A stretch of 64,000 nucleotides of DNA from Adineta vaga (lineage: Eukaryota; Animalia; Rotifera). This document shows positions 24,517 through 36,263 of the stretch, in pieces. The notes below the pieces were generated by a model. That model saw nothing but the letters and a program-made list of their open reading frames with translations. It ran no database searches and had not been told where the DNA came from. The DNA lies in assembly GCA_021613535.1 (NCBI GenBank), contig CP075492.1, forward strand, positions 6,944,001 through 7,008,000, written 5' to 3'. Both the position numbers and the translations under genes were made by a program. Within the stretch, counting starts at the first letter, position 1. The number at the start of each line of letters is the position of its first letter.

Positions 24517-27500
24517 ATGTTACTAACTTCTTTAGTAAAAGCTTTCCGAAACCGAACACAAATCCGTTTTGCATCATCATCCTCTAGTGATATTGCTGAT
24601 TTTATTCGTGGAATGTCGTCGACGAAAAAGCTCAAAGGTAGTGAATCGTCACCATCTGTAACGAATAAACCTCGACATGTTCGAATGAAAGAACGGGGTC
24701 GAGATCCAGGTTTAACATCTCGAATTAATCTTCAAATTATTTCAAATGGTTTTGCTGGTACAAGTAAATCATTGATATTAAATAATGATCAAACGAATTA
24801 CTTATTCAACTGCGGCGAAGGTACACAACGTACTTTACAAGAAAAAAACACGATCTGGGAAATCAAATTTTCGAAAACGAAACATTTATTTATGACAAGA
24901 AAATCTTGGGATGTAATGGGAGGAATATTAGGTTTATGTATTAGTTTAAAAGAAGCTTATTTAAATGAAATCACATTTCATGCACCATGTGATGTTGTAA
25001 GTTGAGATAATTTTTTAGAAAAATTGTATTAGTACTACAATGAATGTATGTTTAGATTGATCTGTTGAAACATTGGAAAGGTTTAGAATCTTTTCCAAAT
25101 GTTAATCTTGGTAAAGATTTCTGTTTTGAAAATGATTTATTTATTTTGTTTATTGTTTTAGAACAATATGATTATGACAAAGGTGAATTTCAAGATGATT
25201 GTTTTAAAATCAAAGCAATACCATTACGACCAACTAATTTCATTTCTAATCTTGGTAACACATAAGAACATATTTTCTCAATTGAAGTTCTAAAAAATTT
25301 TTTTTCTTTTTCCAAAGATTCCAAAAGACAACGATTATCGACATCCAATGATGCATCTCAAATAACAAAATTTCCTGATGATCTTGTCTATGCTTATCTC
25401 TGTCAAGTATGTCGATATTACACTTTAGTTTTGATCGAAATCGTTTTTCTGTAGACACATCCATTTCCAGGTAGTCTATCTGCAGAATTATGTACATTTC
25501 ATGGTGTACCACCGTAAATATACGTTTTCTTTTTACATTAAAGACAAATAATTTTGATGTAGTACTGAACTTCGATCTCGATTGAAGAATGGTGAAGATG
25601 TGACATTATCTGATGGTCGTGTTGTATGTAGAATTGAAATGAAAGATTATTAATGATGAAATTTAAATTCTTTTTAGATTCGTTCGAAAGATGTTACTTT
25701 ACCTAGTGAACCACCTGTTAAAATTTTAAGTACATAAAGATAAACGATTCATATTTTACATTCTTGTAAAACTAATTTCTTCGATTTAGTATTAGATTGT
25801 CCTTCATTGGCTTATCTTGATTCGATCAAAAGTAATGAATTAAATTCTCATTCATATCATACAGTTGTTCATCTTGCACCAAGTACAATATTAAATAGTG
25901 AAACATATCGTTCATGGATGAAAAGGTTTCTTGGTCGGTCAAGACGAATATTTCATCAAAATAAATCTCTTTAAATTTTTTCAGTCTAAACACAACACAT
26001 CATCTATTACTTGATGAAACACAAAAGAATGTTCATATGGAATCAATTTATCGTTATCAAACTCAATTGAATTATATCGACGATGGAATCTTTCCGTTAC
26101 TTAGTAATCATAATAGTTTGAAAGAAGTAAAGAATGAATACGTTCGATATGTATAAAACGATTCTTTGTTTTCAGGATTTAAAGCTTCCCAAACCAATTG
26201 ATAATATCACGTATGGTCTAACTAGTACTCGCATACCTATCCGTCCTATGCTCGGACCTGATAATTCAAAATTGGTTGTTCTACAACCACAAAATTATAT
26301 TGATATCATTCTTGCAAATGAAGAATTTAAACAAACATTTACAGCAGCTAAACAACAATTACAAGCAATGCATGAAATTGCCAAGACAGGACATTCGTAA
26401 TACGACATATTCCTTATGCATTGATTTATCTAATCTTATTTATGTATTTCATAGATATCCTGAAATCATTTTTCTTGGTACTGGTTCTGCTTGTCCAAGT
26501 AAACCACGTAATACAAGTGGTATTTTAATTCATATCAAGTAATTTATTAGATGCTATAATCAAATTTATTGTTTTCAAAATTGATTTTCATTTTAGTGAT
26601 AAAAATATTTTCCTTCTCGAATGTGCAGAAGGTACAACCGGTCAAATTCGTCATTTCTATGGTGATCAATCCGATGATATTCTTTCTCGTATTCGTTTTA
26701 CATATATTTCACATATGCATGCGGATCATCTCGGTGGTTTATTCGGTTTAATTCGTCAACGTCGACGTGCTTTCGAAAATCTTGGACATCCATATGAAAA
26801 ATTAATCTTACTTTGTCCAAATAAATATGTTGATGTTGGACAAAAACAATGGAATTATTTTTCCAATGAACATTCATTTGATGATGATGTTCATGTAGTT
26901 TTTAATCGAACTTTAGTAAATGGTTTACCAACATTGACAAATATTGGAGGAGAAAATACTGAAGAAGAAAAATTTCTTTTGGAAAAATTTCAAACAATCG
27001 GATTACATGGTGTACGAACAGTATTAGTCGAACATATCTATGATGCGCATGCTGTAATATTGAGACATATTGATGGATGGTCTCTAGCTTTTAGTGGAGA
27101 TTGTAAACAATCGAATGATTTCATTCAAGCAGGTTAGAATGAAACTTTTTTTAATATCGAAATGAATTCGATTTTCTTCAGGTCAAAATGTTGATCTACT
27201 TATTCATGAATCTACTTATGAAACTGGCTTAGAAGTTTATGCATCTCAAATGCGTCATTGTACAATGGCCCAAGCAATTGATGTTGGCCGTCGAATGAAT
27301 GCTAAATATACAATATTATGGCATTTTTCTCAACGTTATGCAAAATTTCCATTTCTTTCAGAAAGAAACGATGAGGATGAGAGTGAACAAAAAGATCAAC
27401 AACAGGCAATAAGACCAGATAATGTTTGTGTTTCATTTGATTTTATGCGTATTCATTTATCGGATTTACCACGAGCATGTGAACTTGTTCCTATATTTGA

Positions 27501-27762
27501 AAGTATGTTCTATGATGAATGGTTGATTTTGAAAAAACGACAAACAAGAAGAGAACAAGAACCAGATTATTTTGCTAAAAATACTCGAATGATTGAATCC
27601 AAACGAAAATTTGTAAGTTAAAAAAAGAAACAACAATATAAAATTCATCATAATTAATTGAATTTTTCTTGATAGATGAGTGGTAGATCATCACCATCAA
27701 ATACAAGTCCATCGCAATCGACCGGTAAAACGACTCGTCATACTACTTCATCTCATCAATAG
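24517..27762 (+). CDS. ELAC2: tRNase Z long form (ELAC2)
   Basis: YLFNCGEGTQR, PEIIFLGTGSACPSKPRNTSG, LECAEGT, motif II ISHMHADHLGG, FSGDC, LLIHEST, RHCT, ILWHFSQRYAK; N-terminal presequence-like segment. Confidence 0.93.
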
Positions 27763-29166
27763 ATAAAAGGAACGTTGAAAATGATATTTTCTGTGTGTTT
27801 GTGTTATTTTGTCATATATTGAATTCTAACTATGTGTTTACTTAGTAAAGTTTTCGATAGATCATTACATAAAATGAGCTTTCTTAGTTATTTGACTAAG
27901 AGTTTTTCAATCTGATCAAATATTCAACAATCACTACCATTGTAGTGCCAAGTGAAGTTGGTTTATAACCTGACATAGTAACGGCACTAATCAAGGCAAA
28001 AGGCGCGACTGACATTTGCGATGAGTGAGGTCTAGCCTCTGATTGGTCCTTGATTAGTTGTGCTGATTCTAATCAAATAAATGAAGATACAATCATTTAA
28101 TTTGTTTGAAATGTAGTAAGAAGGACTACTCACTTGATTTGTTATGACCTTTTCCATCTGTATTTTCCATTAGATTAGACGATCAACTTTTACTTTTGTA
28201 AAAGTCTTCGAATTTGTTGTTTGATCTTACTTTTTAAGAGGGAACGATACAATGTTCTTTTTCTATAATGATATAAAAAGATCAAATTTAATGAGTCGTC
28301 ATGTTTTATCGAATTCACTTTGTGTGCTTGTTTGTGTTCATATTTTTGCTTCCATAACTCAAACGAGTTGAAACAATGATTTACCAACGAAATCATATCG
28401 CAATCAATGGACTAAATTGAATGAATCTATCTCAATGAATTTATGCTTTTGTCATATTGTTATAATGATACATCAAATGGTTGATATAAAACATATAGTC
28501 ATAAATAACAATCTACTTGTGATTCATATTTATTCATCCTCTTTTTTATGGATATATAACGAGTTCAATGACAATATAAATTATCAAAAATATATAATGA
28601 TGTAGTAAATGAACTATGAATGAAACTTAATGTCATATGTAAAAATATGATCAAAGATAACATTCCAGATTCAACAAAAAAAAACAAGACTTATGTCTTT
28701 ATTCAACTTCAACAATAAGAGGCTCTTCAATTTCTATTTAATTGTAGATGTTCGATAAAATCTATATTGTTGAGGTTAATTGTATAGTATATAAACCTTC
28801 AATTACTTGACTATTATTTTGATATTGATCAATTGAATTATCACCTACTCTTAATTCATTCGAATACGAATTCTTTTAAAATCAAAGCAACTGAGTATCT
28901 CAGTTCCGTTCATAGGCTTGTTCTAGTAGTTCATATTACGTGTGTATATGTTACGGTCATTTATGTAATAGATGTATCGTATTGAATAATATACTACCGA
29001 CCGAGAAGAATATTTGATTGTCACAGATGACCGAACATTACATTTATATAGATAAAATAAATCATGTTTCGTTCTCGTTCGCTATTTTTCCTCTTGTATA
29101 TCGAACATGTTCATTTACAATATACCATTCAGTTCGAACTCATCCACGATATAAAACGATACACAG

Positions 29167-30263
29167 ATGACAGCAAACTTTGACTATAGTATATGCATAC
29201 ATGTTTTCAACTAGTTTCTTTTTCTAATATATTTATTTCATTCAATTAGATTGGAATCCACAGGATAATGGACAATATTCCGCTGGTGGTGATACATCAT
29301 TGCATTCAGTTCATGGACAAATTCATGCGGGACCACATTCTATACCAGCACATACAGATAATGGAATAGATCCTAACTTATTAAATAATGATCAAAATGA
29401 TACAGGTGCATTTGTTACAGCAGGAACAGCTGGTCAAATGGGTTTTGATATTCGCACATTAGGTTTAAGTGAACAAGAACTAAAGGAAACAGGCTTACAT
29501 CCATCTTTATTATCAGCTGGACGTCAACTTCCATTAGATCAATATAAAATTAACTATGATCCGAATCCAATTATTATTCGAAAACAAATTCCGATGGAAA
29601 TGCCTACATATAAACAACAAGTTATTGTTCGATATCGTAAGATGAGAAAATCAATGAACATTCTTTTCGTCTATTCATGATTATCTGTTTTATTTAGTTC
29701 GACCTCCAACACCACCTTCACCAGGTCCATTAATTATTAAAGAAGTTCGAGAACCTCAAGCAGCTGCTGCACCACCACTTGTCATTCGTACACGAGCACC
29801 AAGAGAAAAAACTCCACCACCAATTATTATTCGTGAAGCACCACCACTCGTACCTCATATTGATTCTCATCCAAAATATATTACACGTGTTGTTCGTAAT
29901 AATGAACCATCTTTTCCATCTCCTTCTCAACGACAACATCAACAACAACTACAACAACAACAACAACAGTATCAACAAGCACCACCACAATATCAACAGT
30001 TTGATTCATTCGATGCAGGAACAGTCAATTATGAGCAATTCAATGGAATTCAAAATGAAAATCGATTCAATAATGAAATCAGTTCCTTCGGAGATCAACA
30101 ACATGCAGGATGGGTTACTGAAGTTGTCTCAAATAATGGTATAACATCAGCAGCTCCACCTCATCTTTTAGGTATAATCTGATAATGCAAAAATTCTATT
30201 CCTTTACCTTTCTATTTAGATGATATCTATCGAGCAATCAATAATCAATTACCACGTGTATGA
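29167..30263 (+). CDS. Uncharacterised Pro-rich protein with a Gln-rich tract
   Basis: Four GT-AG spliced exons in frame: MTANFDY|NWNPQ...INYDPNPIIIRK...YKQQVIVRY|LRPPTPPSPGPLIIKEVREPQAAAAPPLVIRTRAPREKTPPPIIIREAPP...|DIYRAINNQLPRV*. Confidence 0.75.
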
Positions 30264-30805
30264 TCAAGGAAGTTTCTATACTTTTTGTTAACGTCGTTTT
30301 TTTTCTTCTCTTTTGCGTAAAATTTAATTAGAATAAATATCTTGTAGCGCTCAAACAAGCGAATAATAAAGATAAAAATCATATTAATTATGCCACATAA
30401 TAACACAAAAGAATGTTTTACTTTCTCGAATGTTTTGACAACAAAAAAGAAGCTTTTGACATGTGCATATATATATATATATTCTTTTTTTTCTAAACTG
30501 ACAACTATAGTTTTTCAATATTGAAAATCTTTAATGTATTTTGTTTCAAGCAAGAAAGAAGAAAGCAGCAAGATCACGCAGAGATAAAAACGTTCTTTGT
30601 TCAAAAGTAAAGATTTATTTGACAACAGCACGACATGTTTTCTTTCCGTTGATTGATATTTATTTTTCTTATTATATTAAATTATATCTCGTCAATAAAA
30701 CAAGATGGGAAAGAGTTTCATGCTTTTTTTTTGTGTTATCTAAATAGTCTTTACAACAGAATCAAAGCTAACGTTTTCATACAAAAAAACGAAAGAATCA
30801 TTACA

Positions 30806-33206
30806 ATGGAAATGAATATGTTACCAAGTGTTCAAGGTGATTTTAAATCAATACGAAATATGTGGAATACAAAAGTTCAAGAAGAACAACAATTACTCAA
30901 AACAAAACCAATAGTATGTCGAACACAATCTCAACTTCTACAACAACCATCAATAAAAGTTACCATACAATCTTCGATTAGTGTAAATGAAACAATCAGT
31001 CCTAAACAATCGATAATAACAACAGATGAGTCAGGTAAGATAAGTCAATGTCTTATGTCAATAAAATTGTTTTCTTGAATGTAGAAGCACTTGATTTTAA
31101 ACCTATTGAAAAATCACCATCAATCGATGATTCCGAATTATTCCTACCACTTCCGCCACCACCGCCAACAATTATACTCAAAGGGCATATCCAATCGATT
31201 GTAATTATGAAACAAAGTGTTGCGAAAATGTTCGATTTTAATACGAAGAAAAATCTTTGTTCACATATTAAAAATAATGGTATTCGTCATTGGCATCTTG
31301 CACGACATGTTTTTCGTAGTGGTCTCATTTTTGCTCCATCAAGACGTGCATCAGACAGTATTCTACCCATATTAATGAAAACACATTTTGCTCAACGTCG
31401 TCCTCGTAGTGAAAGTCTCGATAGTATTTTCATGCCGACACCATTGGAAAGTCTCGTTGACTATCTTGCATCTGATGATGATGAGAAAGAACAAAGAACT
31501 ATATCTAAGGAAAAAACTCCTATTAAACGAACAATATCAGATTTAACTACTTGTATCGAACGAAATACATTAAATGATACGATTGCTCAATATGAAACAT
31601 TAATGCGTCATTTAAAAAACTATGATAAATTTATGTCAACATATCCGGCATCGCCACCTGTTCCACACAAACATTCATCCATTCATAAGGAAGAAATTAT
31701 GAACAAAGTCGAAGAAGATCTACAAGAACATTCGACAAAAAAATTCTCCATGCAAAATCGACAAACACAATCACTGGCAAGAAACGCTGGGCGAACATTC
31801 ACTGATTTTTTTATGAATGATCTTCTATTAGGACCAACATCAAAGAATCCTGCAGCTGAACCAAAACGATCAAGTATAGTTCATGCTGCTTCACAAACAG
31901 ATTTAACTGAAATGAATGAAAGAATGGATCCAATTATTGTCGTAAAAGAAAATGATAAAGAAACGAAAGAAGTTCTTGAACAATTTGATACTGTTCTAAC
32001 AAATATACAACCTAAAGTGAATGTACCAATTACAGCAAATGATGAAATCAATGTAATTGTTGTTAATTCTCCTGTAGTCGAAGAACCAAAAGTAAGATGA
32101 AATCTACGAACTTTATAGTTGAATTATTTGTTAATTTAGCCTGTGAAGAAAGAAAAAACGCTTATGCAACGTTTATTCGAAGGAAAAAAAACGGCATATA
32201 CATCGAATGATCTTGAAATGGAAACATCACGATTAAGTTTGTTATTGAAATTTATATTCCTATTTGCGAAAAGAATACCGAATATTTTGCGTTTTTTTAG
32301 CGGACGAATTGAATATTACATTTGAACTTGCTAAGAAAAAATGCTTTTTTCCATCAGAAAATATTACAGTAAGTTTGAACAGATGTTCATCTTATTTTTG
32401 ATCAAATATGTACACTCCTGATTTAATGCACGAACGGATATACGATTTTACAGCTTCTTTATAACTAATATAAATTAAAGTACCGTTCAAGTTTCTTATT
32501 GAGATTGACAGAAATGTTTCTTTTCGTCTAAATTTAATCTATTTATAGTATGTAACAAAAATGACGAAAATCGATCGTCGAGGTTATAAACAACATATTC
32601 GCATTTTATGTATAACAACTGAACGAATTTATATAATTACGAAAAAAGATCCATATCCTAAAGAAGCTGTTCTTTTCAAAGATGTTCTTGGAATTAGTAT
32701 GACACCACGTAAAGATGGTTTTATTTGTATTCATACAAAAGAAACACGTGAAGACCGAGTAAAATTTATTTTTTCCTTTATTAAATAGATAAATTACTCT
32801 GTATTTTCAAGGGTGATTGGTTATTTTTGCTTGATCATCCATGTGAATTTATCGTTCAATTATTTATGACTATGAAACGAAATAATAATGATGATAGTTT
32901 TCTAAAAATTAGAACAAAGTATGAATGAAGAAAAATCAAATTATTTCATTTATTTTTCTTTCTGTTTTTGTATAGATTTGAGCATACACGTCGAAGCCTT
33001 GGTTAGCAATAAGATTTCGAATATTTTCATTTTATTTAATGTTTTTATTTTAGCTACAATATCTGATGATTGTATAATTGAATCTCGTCCATCGGATACA
33101 TTTCGTATTGCATTTGAAAATTACGAAGTTTTAGCAATTGTAAGTTAATAAAAGCTATTCCAAATGATAATTTCTTTCATTTTTCTTTTCACAGTACTCA
33201 CCATGA
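30806..33206 (+). CDS. Myosin-I tail homology 1 (TH1/PH-like) domain protein lacking a motor domain
   Basis: A long disordered N-terminus is followed by RLFEGKKTAY, YVTKMTKIDRRGYKQHIRILCIT, GISMTPRKDGFICIH and GDWLF...EFIVQL, all typical of class I myosin TH1. Confidence 0.72.
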
Positions 33207-33844
33207 TCAATTCATTAGTGGACTGACATTCTTAGTGTTGTCACTGCTGCTGCTGTCTTTTGAATTTGCTAAAAATTGCTTTGTGATATGTAGTAATCTT
33301 TCAATGGAAATTTCAAATAAATAGTCATTCATATATCTATTCGGATCACAATAAAATGTTGTCTTTACATTTTGAGAATACTCGAGTGATATTTTACAGA
33401 TGCCGCATTCTACTCACATCGATCGAAAGACATGAAAACGGAATGAAGATTGTAATAAATCAAGAGTAAAAGTCTCAAGATATAAGCATCTCTTCAAGTA
33501 GAGTCTACGTATCAGAAAAGAAGAAGGATGGGTACTATTTCAATTCGAGCCAATATGCATAAATCCAAGTGCATAACTATGTCGAATGATGTGATTCGAA
33601 AACTAAACGATGAATCATTATACATACGGATGGATGATGGATCACGTCTTGCCAATATTAACGCAAAATTTGTTGAGAATTTCATATTGAAGTATAGAAT
33701 CAAATGAATTTGTAAAAAAAAAGGATAATTTCAGATGAATCATTTCATATTTCTCCTGAAGCGTCATTAAAAATACAAACTACTGATTGTTAATGCTTCT
33801 GGATGTTTTCTAGTTTAACTAATTGGTTTGGTCAATTTTTCAGT

Positions 33845-36263
33845 ATGGAAGGCGAGCCGTATAGAATTCAAAATGATCATCATCAAAAAGCAGCTGAATA
33901 CTTACGTCAAGCATTAGAATGTGATGAACAATCAAGTGAGAATGTGCATTTATGCTAATCTCTGCAAAAAAAACAGTTTTCTTTTAGAAAATCATGAATT
34001 GGCTATTTCATTATATAGACAAGGTATTGCAGAATTAGAAAAGGCTTTGAATATATCTGTTGATCCTAATGGTAAGAATTGTTTATTATCTCTATGAATT
34101 TATATCTATTTCTATGATAGACAATCGTGCTGTAGAATTACATGCAAAAATGCGTCGAAATTTATCAATGGCTCGTGAACGAGTTGATATTTTACGTAAG
34201 TTTAACTATCAATGAAATTATCAAAATGAAAATCCTTTTTTTCTTCAGAAAAGTCAGTTCGAAAAGAACGACCGGTTGTAACTAAAGTGCATCGTCCAAC
34301 ACTTCCACGTCATATTACATCGGCATCTTCTGTAAGTACAATATGAAATTTTCTCTTGAAGAAGAGAAACGACATGCCTAGTAAATACTGCTTATATTTC
34401 CAGTCTGCTTCATCTAATTCTTGCTCGCGTGTTTTATCACCTGCTCCTGCTTCTTCTTCTACATCAACACGTTTAACTCCTAAATTAAAACAAGCACCTA
34501 CACGATTAACCAATGTGTGATAAATTCATTATTTTATTCATAGAAAATTCATTGAAAACTGTTTCTAGACTGGGAGAAAAGACGTATCATCAGTATCCAA
34601 TCATAGAAAAACATCAACACACAATCCAAATCAACGACCAACATTGAAATTACCAAACGTAGAACCGAAATTAGTTTCATATATCCTCGATGAAGTAATT
34701 GAAAATCGACCACATGTTAAATTTGACGATATTGGCAAGTTTAGTTCTACTTAAAAGGAATCTATTAAATACCAAACAGTTCTTTTTCTTTGTATTCCAT
34801 CGCATGAGAATATGAATATCGAGAACTATATGCACATAAATGAGGAAGAAAGAGATAAAAATCGCTTCATTGACATCAGATCTTGTAACATACCATAGAA
34901 GAATGATAAATTGGAACTATTAGTTATAAATTAGATCTGTGATAGAGATAAAGAAAGAAAGTCTTTTAAGCATATGAATGCTTCTGTTATGATTGGTTTT
35001 CCGGAACGAGCAATATTTGATCTAATAGTCTGTGAATTTATACAAATATTTTTGTTTACAGGTGGTCAAGAAGCAGCGAAACGAGCACTTGAAGAAGCTG
35101 TCATTTTACCTGTACTTCGACCAGAAGTAAATCATATGATCGAAAAATATTGTAAAATGGAAATTAATCTTTCTTTTTTTCTTCTCCATCAGATGTTCAC
35201 TGGTTTACGTGCACCTGTAAGAGGTATTCTATTATTTGGACCACCTGGCAACGGCAAAACCATGCTAGTAATTAAAACTATTCAATAAATGCTTGACTCT
35301 ATTCGTTGTCAATAGGCTAAAGCCGTTGCTTCTGAAGCAAAAGCTCGATTTTTCAATATCAGTGCATCAAGTTTGACATCTAAATATGTACGAATAAAAG
35401 TTTACCATATTAATCGGAACATCTTTTTTCATGATGTTTCATTAGGTTGGTGAAGGTGAAAAATTAGTTCGTGCTCTTTTTGCTGCCGCTCGCGAACTAC
35501 AACCGTCGATAATTTTCATCGGTTTGTTCAGATGACTTTTCTTTTTCATTTTTATCAGTTTTATGATTATAGATGAAGTGGATTCACTGTTGACTGCACG
35601 TAAAGAATCCGAACATGATGCAATGCGTCGATTAAAAACAGAATTTCTCGTTCAATTTGATGGAGTAAGAAACTGATGAAACAATGCAGAAATAATGATA
35701 GAACTTTCTTCTAGGTGCAAACAAATAACGATGATCGTATTCTTGTTCTCGCTGCAACAAATCGTCCATTTGACTTAGATGATGCAGCATTAAGGTAAAA
35801 CAACGAGATTATCAGTTATGTTATTTTTTTCTTGCATTTAACAAGACGTTTTCCTCGTCGAATTTATATTCAACTGCCTGATCGAAATACAAGAATACAA
35901 CTTTTAAAACATTTACTTACGAAACAAGAACATAATTTAACTTCCAATGACTTTGAATTGATTGCAAAGTAGAAAAGAAAACATTCGCTTTTTGTTCACG
36001 AATGAACAATAATATCAATTTTATCTTCTAGTGAAACAGATGGGTACTCAGGTAGTGATCTAACTGCTCTTGCAAAAGATGCAGCGATGGGTGCAGTACG
36101 TGAATTACGTGTAGAAGAATTAAAACAATTATCTATCAGTCGAATTCGTCCATTATCATATGGAGATTTTGCTCAGGCATTACGAAAAATTCGCGCAAGT
36201 GTTTCTCCACCTACACTTGAGAAATATATTGTATGGAATTCAACATTCGGTGATTGTAGTTAA
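33845..36263 (+). CDS. SPAST: Spastin (MIT + AAA ATPase, microtubule severing)
   Basis: [30 protein letters not shown]; [34 protein letters not shown]; Walker A GPPGNGKT; [15 protein letters not shown]; Walker B FIDEVD; RRLKTEFL; ATNRP; GYSGSD; WNSTFGD. Confidence 0.93.
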
